From Longimicrobiales bacterium (GTDB taxonomy: Bacteria; Gemmatimonadota; Gemmatimonadetes; Longimicrobiales; Gaopeijiaceae), in contig CBDCNQ010000004.1 of assembly GCA_965219445.1 (NCBI GenBank), forward strand, positions 1,120,001 through 1,184,000: 64,000 nt of DNA. Reading direction: 5' to 3'. The notes beneath the pieces were generated by a model. That model was not told the DNA's origin. It was given only the letters and a program-made list of their open reading frames with translations, and did no database searches. Within the stretch, counting starts at the first letter, position 1, and each line of letters starts with the position of its first letter. The position numbers and the translations under genes are program-made. Below are positions 9,604 to 19,331 of the stretch, in pieces.

Positions 9604-11393
9604 ATGACGGTTTCGCTACAGCGCACGCTTCTGGGCCTCGTTCTTCTGGTCCTCCTGGTAGGGCTCGTCCCGGCGGGTGTTCTCCTCGATCGCCGCTTGC
9701 TTGCCTCACTCGAGGACGGGGTGCGTGCCGAGCTGCTCGCCGCGCCACTCGTGCTCCAGGACAGGTTCCAGAACCAGGCCGGCGCACGCATGATGCACGC
9801 GCGTGAGATCTCGGCGAGCGAGGTGCTCGCCAGAGCCATCCGGACGGCGGATACTATGAGCGCGGTCGAGGAAGCTCTTCGCATATCCGACGCGTTTCCC
9901 GGTGAGTTGCCCATCGTGATCGGACCCGACGGAGCCAGCTGGGCCGGGCCGATGATGCCGGCTCAGGTCGTAGACCAGACGAAGGATGGAGCGGCACCGG
10001 TGCTTGTCGTGAAGACGCAGGAGGAGCTCGGAACAGTCGCGCTGGCTCCCGTCGGGATGCCCGAGCAGTGGGCGGGGGCAGCGGGTGTCTGGGTTCCGAT
10101 GGTGTCGCAAGAGGCGATACAGCTCTCGGCGCTGACCCGCTCCGATGTGCTCATCACGGCGCCCGATGGGGCTCCGGGTGCGTACACCGGCCGAGCCGAG
10201 CCGGCGATGGGGCTCTTCGGTCTTCTCTCTGGGCTACCGGACTCCGAGGAGGTCGCACAGCTCACGTGGGAGGGCGAGCGGTACCTCGTCGTGACGGCCG
10301 GCGTCCCGGGCGGCGCACGGGTGACGTTCGTACGGGCCCTCGCCGAAGAGCTCGCCATCGTTCCGGCGCTGCGCTCTGTCGGATTCCTGGTGTTGGCTCT
10401 TTCGGCGCTGTTCGCGCTCGTCGTGGGCGCTTGGCTCGCCGCTCGCTTCGCGCGCCCGGTGCATGCACTGGCTGAGGCGGCCCAACGAATCACCCATGGC
10501 AACTTCGAAGCGCCCGTGGAGCGTTCGGCCATTTCGGAGGTAGATCAGGTGGCGTCGGCCTTCGAAGTGATGCGCGATGCGCTCGCGGCCCGAATCGCCG
10601 AGCTGAGCGAAACCAACAAGGCGCTCGAGGACCGGCAGGCGCGGCTGGGCATGCTCCAGGCTCAGCTCGTCCAGAGAGACCGACTCTCGGCCGCGGCGCG
10701 CCTGCTCGCACAGCTTGCGCACGAGGTCCGCAATCCGGTCGCGAGCGTTCGGAACTGCCTCGAGATCCTCCGCAGGCGGGTGGCCGACGATCCGGAGGCG
10801 AGAGACTTTGCCGACCGCGCCATCGACGAGCTCCTCCGCATGCATGAGCTCGCCGAGCACATGCTCGACCTACATCGCCCGAGGAGCTGGGAGGGGGATT
10901 GCGACGCGGTTGTGGTGGCCGAGGAGGTCGCCGCACTGGTCCGCATCGGCCTCGGCGACCGGGATGTTGCGGTGACGGTTGGATCCAAGGGACCTGTGCA
11001 GGTGGCGATCCCGACCGACGCGCTCAAGCAGGTGCTGCTGAACCTGGTGCAGAACGCGCAGGCGCGCTTGGCGCGGCGGGAAACATCGACATCGTCGTAG
11101 AGGCTAGCGGGGAACGGGCCACGCTCCAGGTCACCGACGACGGGCCCGGCATCGACGACTCGGCACTTCCTCACCTGTTCGACCCGTTCTTCACGACCAA
11201 GGCCGACCTGCGGGGCGTGGGCCTGGGCCTTTTCACCGCCGACGGGCTCGCCCGGACGCACGGCGGGAGGATCATGGCAGGGAATCGGCCGGAGGGTGCG
11301 GGCGCGGTGCTCACAGTCGAGCTACCCCTGGCGTCCAGGTCCGAAGAACGGGTTGCACACACAGCTGGTCTGTCGGCGGAGACGACATCATGA
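9604..11393 (+). pseudogene. Sensor histidine kinase (HAMP-HisKA-HATPase) split by a frameshift near 11060
   Basis: H-box AHEVRNP and N-box QVLLNLVQNA are in ORF 9604..11100; G1/F/G2 boxes (DDGPG, FDPFFTTK, GVGLGL) are in another frame ending at 11393. Confidence 0.85.
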
Positions 11394-12736
11394 CCCCACG
11401 CCGCCTCCTTATCGTCGACGACGACCCGACGTTTCGCATGTCGACCGCCGCTCTCATGCGCGAGGACGGACATGAAGTCGAGGAGGCGGCCGACGGTCAG
11501 ACGGCGATCGAGCAGCTCAAGGAGTCCGACTTCGACCTGATTCTCCTCGACCTGCGCATGCCAGGGTTGGACGGGATCGGGATCGTCGAGGTACTTCGCA
11601 CGTGGGGCGAGGACACACCGATTCTCATGATCAGCGGATTTGGAACCGTCGATGCCGCCGTGGCTGCCCTCCATACGGGAGTAGACGACTTTCTCACGAA
11701 GCCCGTCGAACCCGACGTCCTGAGTGCGCGGGTGGATGCGTTGCTGGCGAGGCGACCATCGGTCCCATCAGCCGGTGCGGAGCCCCCTGGCGGACTCTTG
11801 GGCCGCTCGCCATCGATGCGGATGGTGTTCGAGATCATCGCGCGCGTCGCGCCTACCGACGCTACGGTGCTGGTGACCGGCGAGACCGGCACGGGCAAGG
11901 AGCTCGTGGCTCGAGCGATTCACCAGCTGTCGGACCCGAAAGATGGACCGTTCGTTGCGGTGAACTGCGCAGCCCTCGCCGAGGGTGTGCTCGAGTCCGA
12001 GCTCTTCGGGCACGTGCGAGGGGCTTTCACCGGCGCCGCACGTGACCGCAAGGGGCTTTTCGCCGCAGCGGACGGCGGGACACTGTTGCTCGACGAGATC
12101 GGTGATGTCTCACTCGGGATGCAGCATCGCCTGCTGCGGGTCCTACAGGAGCGGGAATTCACGCCCGTAGGCGCGGTGAAGCCCGTGTCGGTGGACGTCC
12201 GGATCATCGCCGCCACGAACCGCGACCTCCGGGCGGAGATGGAGGCCGGCCGCTTCCGCGACGACCTCTACTACCGGCTGAACGTCGTGCGCATCGACGT
12301 ACCACCGCTGAGGGAGCGCCGCGAGGACATCCCTCTCATCGCGGAGTCGTTCTTCCGCCTTGTCGACCTTCCGCCGCACGCCGCCTGCTCTCCGCTCGCG
12401 ATGCGTCACCTGCTAGCGTATCGCTGGCCCGGTAATGTCCGGCAGCTCCTGGCGGCCCTGGAGAGCGCCCGGATCCAGTCAGGCGGGCGTCGGATCGAGG
12501 CGCAGCACCTTCCCGGTGAGGTACGCGGGCAAGTCGCTCGCGAGGACGACCCGTATGAGCGGTACCGCCAGACCAGCGCGCCCGAACACGAGCGCGCCGC
12601 GATCACCAGGGCGCTCACCGAAACAGGAGGGGCCCGCAACACCGCAGCCGAGCGGCTCGGGATGAGCCGCACGACGCTGTGGCGGAAGATGAAGCAGTAC
12701 GGGTTGGAAGGACGGGACGTAGTGGACGCCGGGTAG
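11390..12736 (+). CDS. Sigma-54-dependent response regulator (NtrC family)
   Basis: Receiver domain, GETGTGKE, ESELFGH, GAFTGA and a Fis-type HTH. Confidence 0.95.
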   Translation: MTPRRLLIVDDDPTFRMSTAALMREDGHEVEEAADGQTAIEQLKESDFDLILLDLRMPGLDGIGIVEVLRTWGEDTPILMISGFGTVDAAVAALHTGVDDFLTKPVEPDVLSARVDALLARRPSVPSAGAEPPGGLLGRSPSMRMVFEIIARVAPTDATVLVTGETGTGKELVARAIHQLSDPKDGPFVAVNCAALAEGVLESELFGHVRGAFTGAARDRKGLFAAADGGTLLLDEIGDVSLGMQHRLLRVLQEREFTPVGAVKPVSVDVRIIAATNRDLRAEMEAGRFRDDLYYRLNVVRIDVPPLRERREDIPLIAESFFRLVDLPPHAACSPLAMRHLLAYRWPGNVRQLLAALESARIQSGGRRIEAQHLPGEVRGQVAREDDPYERYRQTSAPEHERAAITRALTETGGARNTAAERLGMSRTTLWRKMKQYGLEGRDVVDAG

Positions 12737-12801
12737 CTCGCTCCGGGGGCTCCCACGCGCTCCAAGTAGGTGTAAGTCCCTCGATCCCGAGGATTAGCCC
12801 A

Positions 12802-13440
12802 TTGTTAAGACTCGAAGCGAACCACGAGCCGGAGCTCAACAGGCGCGAGGCTTTCCAGGCCGCGGCGTCCCAGCTCGACGCCACCTTCGTGGCGGGAAGG
12901 CTGAGCTCCGGCGACAAGGTCCACCTCGAGCACGGCCCATGGAGGGTGATCCTCGACACCTACGTCGTGAATGGCCAGAGCCCCATTACGTATACACGAG
13001 TGCGGGCCTTATATGTAGCGAAGGAGGACTTCACCCTCCGCATCTCCCGGAGGAACGTCTTCACGCGGATCGCGGAGCTCTTCGGCTTCTACGGGCTCCC
13101 GATCGGTGATCGGGAATTCGAGCACAAATACACGATCAAGAGCTCCAACGAGCCACGCGGCCGGTCCCTCATGACGGACCGGCGGCTCCGGGACCTGATC
13201 AAGGGCCAACCGTCACTCCGGCTGGAGATCCGGCGGTGCCCGTGGGGGAAGCGCAGAAAGACGGGGGACGGGGTCCGGGCGGTGACGGTCGGGATCCCGG
13301 GCGTCATTAGGGAGCCGGACCGTCTGGTAGACTACGTCCTTCTCGTGGCCGCGACCCTGGACCAGCTCCTGAGGATCGGCGGGGCCTACAATGAGTCCGT
13401 GGCGAAGGGTCGCACCTACGCTCTTTGCCGACGCGTCTAG
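12802..13440 (+). CDS. Hypothetical protein (DUF3137-like)
   Basis: TTG start after GAGGA; TYTRVRA and IGDREFEHKYTIKSSNE. Start and family are uncertain. Confidence 0.55.
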   Translation: MLRLEANHEPELNRREAFQAAASQLDATFVAGRLSSGDKVHLEHGPWRVILDTYVVNGQSPITYTRVRALYVAKEDFTLRISRRNVFTRIAELFGFYGLPIGDREFEHKYTIKSSNEPRGRSLMTDRRLRDLIKGQPSLRLEIRRCPWGKRRKTGDGVRAVTVGIPGVIREPDRLVDYVLLVAATLDQLLRIGGAYNESVAKGRTYALCRRV

Positions 13441-13468
13441 CGCGACATTTGCTCGCTGGATACGCCCG

Positions 13469-14077
13469 TCAAAAAAAGGGCCGGAAGGCCGTGGAATCCG
13501 GCGTCACTGTGATCTCCCGGACGACGGGTGCCTCGTCCTCCAAGAATTCAGTAGAGGTGGTGAAGAAGCCGGCAGCGTAGAGGATCACCGTGACCGGGCC
13601 GTCGGTTTCGTTGAGCCAGTACCAGCCGTGGATCCCCGGAAAGGGCGCGACGTAGCTTCCGTGCCGGGCGAGCGTCTCCTCGGCGACCTCGAAGAACTCG
13701 GCCGTGCCCTCGGGTGAACCGTCAGCCTCGCTGTGCATCTCGGAGCGAACCCAGGAGGACGCGGTCCACGAATACACTATCGTTCGGCCCGCCTCGAGTC
13801 GATACTTGTATTCGACGAAACCGCCGGGCTCGAGCTCGAACGTCCTCAGATCCGTGCGATAGCTACTCCGGTAGGCGCTGAGGCCATCAGTACGTACGGG
13901 AATCGCACCGCTTCCGGGTTCCGAAAGGATGCGCAGCCCAAGAGCCTCGCCGATTCCCAGGGGATCGATGTCGTACTCGGCCGGCAGGACGGCGGCGACG
14001 AGAACAATGCCGGCCACCAGGAAGGCCGCCAGGGTCGCCCAAGCCAGTTTGGCTTTCGATGGGAGTTCAGGATTCAC
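13469..14077 (-). CDS. Membrane-anchored protein of the type found next to HupE/UreJ genes
   Basis: GTGA overlap with the upstream gene; VLPAEYDIDPLGIG, EYKY and PFPGIHGWYW. Confidence 0.75.
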   Translation of the reverse strand: MNPELPSKAKLAWATLAAFLVAGIVLVAAVLPAEYDIDPLGIGEALGLRILSEPGSGAIPVRTDGLSAYRSSYRTDLRTFELEPGGFVEYKYRLEAGRTIVYSWTASSWVRSEMHSEADGSPEGTAEFFEVAEETLARHGSYVAPFPGIHGWYWLNETDGPVTVILYAAGFFTTSTEFLEDEAPVVREITVTPDSTAFRPFF

Positions 14078-14784
14078 GACGCGTTCACGAAAAATCCGAC
14101 GATCTGATATCCCATGAGCATGAAACCTCCGGCCATGAGCAGAGAGTTCGTCACGAAGGCATGCTTCAGGAATCCGTCCCGTGTACGCCAGAAACTCAAG
14201 GCGATGAGAACGCCCATCAGCGCCAGGATCTGCCCGATTTCGACGCCGACGTTGAAGCTGAGCATGTTCGTGACTAGCCCCTCTTGCGAGATCGAGTACT
14301 CCTGAATCGTCGTCGCCAGACCGAATCCGTGGAAGAGACCGAACGTGAGGACCGCGATCTTGGTGTTCGGCTGGACGCCTAGGTAGCGGCGAAAGCCGTC
14401 CATATTGTCGAACGCCTTGTATACGACCGAGAGGCCGATGATGGCGTCGACGACGAATGGGTTCGCTTGCACCCCCCCGAGAACACCCACCAGCAGCGTA
14501 ATGCTGTGTCCCAGGGTGAAGAGACTCACGTATAAGACCACGTCCTGAAGACGATACAGGAAGAAGATGACGCCGACGAGGAAGAGCAGGTGGTCGTAGC
14601 CGGTGAACATGTGCTTTGCGCCGAGATACATGAACGGCCCGATCGCCGCACCCACGTTCGTGAGGAAGAACGAGGCGTCGTCCTGTGCCACCCCGTGGGC
14701 GGCAGCTGCGATGTCCACTTCCCACACGAAGAGGAGGGTGCACAGCAGGCCTGCGGACGCGCTCCACCGCCGCAAGACCTTCAC
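14074..14784 (-). CDS. HupE/UreJ family membrane protein (putative Ni/Co uptake)
   Basis: LGAKHMFTGYDHLLFL, FTLGHSITL, FGLFHGFG and FNVGVEIGQ. Confidence 0.88.
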   Translation of the reverse strand: MKVLRRWSASAGLLCTLLFVWEVDIAAAAHGVAQDDASFFLTNVGAAIGPFMYLGAKHMFTGYDHLLFLVGVIFFLYRLQDVVLYVSLFTLGHSITLLVGVLGGVQANPFVVDAIIGLSVVYKAFDNMDGFRRYLGVQPNTKIAVLTFGLFHGFGLATTIQEYSISQEGLVTNMLSFNVGVEIGQILALMGVLIALSFWRTRDGFLKHAFVTNSLLMAGGFMLMGYQIVGFFVNAS

Positions 14785-14908
14785 AGGGCTTTCTCGACGG
14801 AAAATCGGCCCTCGATGGGCGTGTTCACGAGAGTGAGAGGATCTAACATGCCGGATAAGATGCCTCCAACTCGTGCGAACCAGCAAGCGCCGCCGGGCTT
14901 GCCGGAGT

Positions 14909-15658
14909 TTAGAGCTCAGAATCTGAGCGGAACCGACCCTGTCGGAGAAAGTTCACGACCTCCTCAGCCACATCCCGGCGGTTCATGATGAACGTGTGCG
15001 TCGCGGAGACCACCATGAAGTCCGTCGCCCCGTCGACCCTGGCCCGGTCGACGCCCACCTTTCCATCATCCGGTCCTGGAATGAGCCACGAACCCAACGG
15101 GCTCAAGCTCCGATCACCGGTGACGATGCCGAGCGCGAATCGCACGGGCCCCAGCTGACTCGAGATGCCAGCGGAGTCGGTCCCGAGTTGCGAGCCGGCG
15201 GGACCCAAAAGGGACTGAAGCAGCGGAGAGTCGGCGAAGGCGTCGACGAACTCGCTCCCCTGGCTCGGGGGACTCAACATGACGACACGCCCGGCATGTG
15301 CCTGGGGCTTCTGGCCGAGGTAGCTCCGGACTAACAATCCGCCCATCGAGTGAGTGACGAAATGCACCTCGTCCGCCTCGTCCCCACAGCACCGCTCCAC
15401 TTCGGCCTGGAGCCGATCGACGAGTGCTTCCATGGATTCCGTCGTCGATGGATATCCAAAACTGACTACGCGAAAGCTGGCACTCTTGAGGCGCGACACC
15501 AGAATCGTCATCGAGGCGGGCGTACGGCCCAGGCCGTGCACAACGATCACAGACTCGGCCCCATCCGGGGGTGGAGCCGAGCAACCGGACAAGAGCCATA
15601 GAAGCGCGCAGGTCGGCGCGAGCTTCGGCCTACCCCAATGCGTGCGTAAGTGCTTCAA
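14909..15658 (-). CDS. Alpha/beta hydrolase (lipase-like lipoprotein)
   Basis: Lipobox LSGC; HGLGR, THSMGG, DDGKV and HTFIM. Confidence 0.85.
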   Translation of the reverse strand: MKHLRTHWGRPKLAPTCALLWLLSGCSAPPPDGAESVIVVHGLGRTPASMTILVSRLKSASFRVVSFGYPSTTESMEALVDRLQAEVERCCGDEADEVHFVTHSMGGLLVRSYLGQKPQAHAGRVVMLSPPSQGSEFVDAFADSPLLQSLLGPAGSQLGTDSAGISSQLGPVRFALGIVTGDRSLSPLGSWLIPGPDDGKVGVDRARVDGATDFMVVSATHTFIMNRRDVAEEVVNFLRQGRFRSDSEL

Positions 15659-16376
15659 AGCTCTCCTCGAAGGTGCTCGTGGTCACGATGATGGGAGATC
15701 CGACGGCCACATGGATGGTCGAAAAGGGTAGAGGCTGCATCTTCCGATCCCAGGAAGAGGATCGTAGAGATCTCGTCGCCGAAATGTGCATCGGTACGAT
15801 CGGCACACCACTCTGAAGTGCAATATGAAGCACGCCCTTCTTCAGTGTTCGCGCCGGTCCACGGGGTCCGTCCGGCGCGATGACTGTCGAGTACCCGTCC
15901 TTGAGGTACGTCACGAGCTCGTCCGCCGCCCGGCGTCCGTCATGCCCCGTTGATCCGAGAACGAATCGCTGCACACCGATCAGACTCAGCAGCACAGCGA
16001 CCGGCTTCGTGTACCAGGCCGGATGCTGCAGCCAGGCGTGCGGCCGCTGCCGAAGATAGGCCGGAAGACGGGGAGTCCACCCTTGAAAGGACAGGGGACC
16101 GGACTCGTGCCACTGGCAGAAGATGTAGTTCGAGTCGGCCGAGACGTTCTGCGTACCCGTTACCCGAACGGCAACGGTCAGACGCAGCAGCAGCAGGAAC
16201 GTGAACCAGAGGGACCCCAATACATACCCGTACACGAGGAAAGGAACCCGGAATACGAGCGGGACATTATCTATCCGATATCGACTGAACAGATCTCTTC
16301 TCCTCCGCCTTGATCTACCCCTGAAATCCGTTCGGGCACCGCGGTCCTCTCGGTGAGCTCCTGACCTCTCCATCAC
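15630..16376 (-). CDS. Lysophospholipid acyltransferase family (DUF374) protein
   Basis: WHE, PDGPRGP, SGVPIVP, SWD and PLPFS; start uncertain. Confidence 0.8.
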   Translation of the reverse strand: MMERSGAHREDRGARTDFRGRSRRRRRDLFSRYRIDNVPLVFRVPFLVYGYVLGSLWFTFLLLLRLTVAVRVTGTQNVSADSNYIFCQWHESGPLSFQGWTPRLPAYLRQRPHAWLQHPAWYTKPVAVLLSLIGVQRFVLGSTGHDGRRAADELVTYLKDGYSTVIAPDGPRGPARTLKKGVLHIALQSGVPIVPMHISATRSLRSSSWDRKMQPLPFSTIHVAVGSPIIVTTSTFEESFEALTHALG

Positions 16377-16386
16377 AGAGCAATCG

Positions 16387-19200
16387 TCAGGGATTCAGCC
16401 AGTAGTTCACCTTGATCAGGAAGATGTTGTCCGCGGGCGTCGCGAACATGTCGCTAACGTCACGGCCGACCCCGAACCCGCCGATCCAGGGATCGGTCCC
16501 GTTAACGCCGTCTCCCGTGAGTGAGCTGATCCGGCGCTGCTGCCACACGAGAAACAGCGTCGAGCCCTGTCGCCACTCCCAACGGAGCACCACGTTCCCG
16601 ATAAGGCTGCGGTAACTGAAGTCCGGATCCGACACTCCGAACGGCGCAGCGGGGCCGGTCCCGTCTGGATCGATGTCGTACGTTCCGCCAGGGCCCTGCG
16701 AGACCGTCCCGATGTCCGTCCCGTACTCCAGAAACTTGTACGCGCGCGGCCGTTCGAACTCCTTCAGCTCACCGTAGTCTCCGGTGGAAATGAAAGGCTC
16801 GACATAAACCTGCAGAGACAGCGTGGGGGTGAAGGTGACGTTCACTCTCGCCTCGATGGAGACCGTGGTCTGGTCGAGTCCGCCGAAGATGTAGCGGCTA
16901 CCGTACGTCTGGGTTGCGAGGGGGTCCGCCACCGACGAAACGTATTGAGCCGACGTATGGCCGTAGCTGAAGGACGGCCCGAATTGGATCGTGAGGCTCT
17001 CGCTAGGATTCATGGTCAGGTTGAAGCCGAAGCTGCGATTCCAGGAATCCCCGCTCTCGGTAGCCCACTGATAGTTGAGGCGCCCAACGGTCTCGCGCCT
17101 CCTGTCCGAGCGGACGTTCAGGCTGCCGGAGATGCGGCTGGGCGTGCGCGCCAGCGGCCCCCCACGTGTCAGGCGATCGTCGTCGTGTACGGGGTTGTAG
17201 CCGAATCTCCCTCCTCCACCCCAGTAGTTCAGGAACTGCACGTTGAAGCTACTGTTCACTTCGGTCCAGACCCGGTCGCCGGCGTAGTTCCACACCGCGT
17301 CCGGGCTTCCGCGAACGTCCCACTGCCTCAGGATCCGACCCGGGTCCGGGTGGCTGTAGCTGAAGTTCGTGTCGACGATGACCCGGTCCGAGGCGGACTG
17401 GAATCCGAGGTCGTTCACCTCGAAGCCCGGGCTGGCCGCCGCAACCGCAACCCTCGGACGGAACGCTCCGGCCTGCTTGTCGAACTGCACCATCGCATAG
17501 TATCCGGCCAGAGACGTCGCATCTGCATCGAGAGTCAGGTGGTCGGCGTCGGGGCGCTGATAGTACCGGGTGGAGGAACCTTGTGTAAGCGTGATCGCGG
17601 CCGGATCTCCTTGTACGTAGCTCCCCGAGAACATGGTACTGATCCGGTAAGTTCGACGCGACCACTCGTGGGCGAGGTCGGCACTCCCGGAGTAAGCCGC
17701 CGAGTGAAGCCGGCCATCCATTCCCGTCCCTGCCAGGTTACGGTTCGCGGCTGTGCCTAAAACCCCGAACCGGGTCTCTCCACCCCTGATCTGTCTTCGA
17801 ACCCTCCCCACCAGGTAGTTCGTTGCGGGTTCGACTACGGCCTCATCCCCTGCCTGGTTGGCGTCCACGTACGTTGCGGTTTCCCGGGCAGTGACGGCCT
17901 CGAGGAGACCGAGCGACCAACCGTCCCCCACCCTCCCCGTGACTTTGGCGGCGCCCAGGATTGTTGTGGCGGAGGCCGCATCGGAGAACACCGCATCGGA
18001 AGGAGCTGAGCCCGACGGAGATCGTCCGATCCGACGGGAGTAGAACAACTGGGGGGGGCGCCCCGTGCTCCCGCCCGGGCCCCCTTCTCCGATTTGGAAG
18101 ATATCCCCACCCTCCACAAAAAACGGACGACGCTCCTGAAACCGGGTCTCGAACGCCGTGAGGTTGATCACGGAGGGATCCACCTCCACCTGGCCAAAAT
18201 CGGGATTCACAGTGGCGTCCAGTGTCAGATTCGACGCCAGCCGGTACTTCAGGTCCAGCCCGGCTTCCCCGAAGTAGTCGGATCCGGTCCGAAAGGGGTT
18301 CGAGAAGCCGATACCCGGGGGCACCGCCAACTGAAGGTACTCTCCACGACCCGCCACATAGGGCAACAGCTCCAGCCTCTGGCCCGGCTCGATTCCCTCG
18401 ATCCCATCGAGGTGCGCGAACCGCGATGCCCCTCCCCGCTCCAGAGTCGGTGTAAAGGGGAACGCCGCTCGCTCCTGGTTACGGTGGATGTTTCTCTTTA
18501 TTTCGATGCCCCATACCTGCTCTCCATCGGGGCTGAAACGGAGTTGACTGAACGGAATCCGCATCTCCACCGACCACCCCGCGTCGGTAATCCGGGTGCC
18601 GACATCCCACACGGGATCCCACGAGGGGTCCCCGCCCCCGCCTCCGAATCCACCGCCGCCACCTCCTCCTCCGCGTCCGCCTACACTGGATGACACCGCA
18701 TCGCGAAACGAGCCCGATGGATTAACGCGAAACCGGTACCACGTCTCATGGTCGTGGTAGCTGTCGAGATTCACCAGGAGGTAGTCGAAGGCACCGCCAC
18801 CCATATCGCGCCGAGTGAGGCGCGTGGTGACCGGAGAGCGGTCGTAGAGCATCGCCCCGACATAGATCGCGTCATCGTCATAGGCCAAATGGACCTCGGT
18901 ACGCTCGGTTACGGGCTCTCCCTCCGCCGGGTTCTCCTGGATGAACCCCGTGAGTGCAGGCGCCTCTGTCCATACGGGCTCGTCAAGGCGACCGTCCACA
19001 TCGATGGCGGTTCGAACTCGGACGGCCCGCGCCCGAACAGCCGAATCGTGGTCATACTCAGTCTCAGTGGCGACCGTCTCTTCCTGAACTGGTTCGGTGT
19101 TCCCCTGACCGGATTCGACGATCTGTGCACGCAAGCCCACTGGAGTCGAAAGCAGGATGAGCGCGAGCGTGAGTGTGTCCCTGCGAACAATCATGTGCAT
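16387..19200 (-). CDS. Outer-membrane CBM9-like/DUF5916 domain protein
   Basis: Signal peptide, IDVDGRLDEPVW, WSVEMRIPFSQLRF, NPDFGQVE, ERRPFF and C-terminal KVNYW. Confidence 0.85.
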   Translation of the reverse strand: MHMIVRRDTLTLALILLSTPVGLRAQIVESGQGNTEPVQEETVATETEYDHDSAVRARAVRVRTAIDVDGRLDEPVWTEAPALTGFIQENPAEGEPVTERTEVHLAYDDDAIYVGAMLYDRSPVTTRLTRRDMGGGAFDYLLVNLDSYHDHETWYRFRVNPSGSFRDAVSSSVGGRGGGGGGGGFGGGGGDPSWDPVWDVGTRITDAGWSVEMRIPFSQLRFSPDGEQVWGIEIKRNIHRNQERAAFPFTPTLERGGASRFAHLDGIEGIEPGQRLELLPYVAGRGEYLQLAVPPGIGFSNPFRTGSDYFGEAGLDLKYRLASNLTLDATVNPDFGQVEVDPSVINLTAFETRFQERRPFFVEGGDIFQIGEGGPGGSTGRPPQLFYSRRIGRSPSGSAPSDAVFSDAASATTILGAAKVTGRVGDGWSLGLLEAVTARETATYVDANQAGDEAVVEPATNYLVGRVRRQIRGGETRFGVLGTAANRNLAGTGMDGRLHSAAYSGSADLAHEWSRRTYRISTMFSGSYVQGDPAAITLTQGSSTRYYQRPDADHLTLDADATSLAGYYAMVQFDKQAGAFRPRVAVAAASPGFEVNDLGFQSASDRVIVDTNFSYSHPDPGRILRQWDVRGSPDAVWNYAGDRVWTEVNSSFNVQFLNYWGGGGRFGYNPVHDDDRLTRGGPLARTPSRISGSLNVRSDRRRETVGRLNYQWATESGDSWNRSFGFNLTMNPSESLTIQFGPSFSYGHTSAQYVSSVADPLATQTYGSRYIFGGLDQTTVSIEARVNVTFTPTLSLQVYVEPFISTGDYGELKEFERPRAYKFLEYGTDIGTVSQGPGGTYDIDPDGTGPAAPFGVSDPDFSYRSLIGNVVLRWEWRQGSTLFLVWQQRRISSLTGDGVNGTDPWIGGFGVGRDVSDMFATPADNIFLIKVNYWLNP

Positions 19201-19331
19201 CTACCTGTCCGCAATGGGACGAGAGGGGTCTAATGGGCCACGAGTATACGTCATCCCATCCCACGGGGTTCCGACCGGACCGCTAACCGCGAGTCCGCTC
19301 AGTTTCCCCGAACTCCGGCTCACCTCCGCCT

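Noticed and set aside
18625..18685. Poly-glycine stretch in the DUF5916 protein as a contingency locus
   Set aside because: Mixed Gly codons, in frame, with no slippage-prone perfect repeat.
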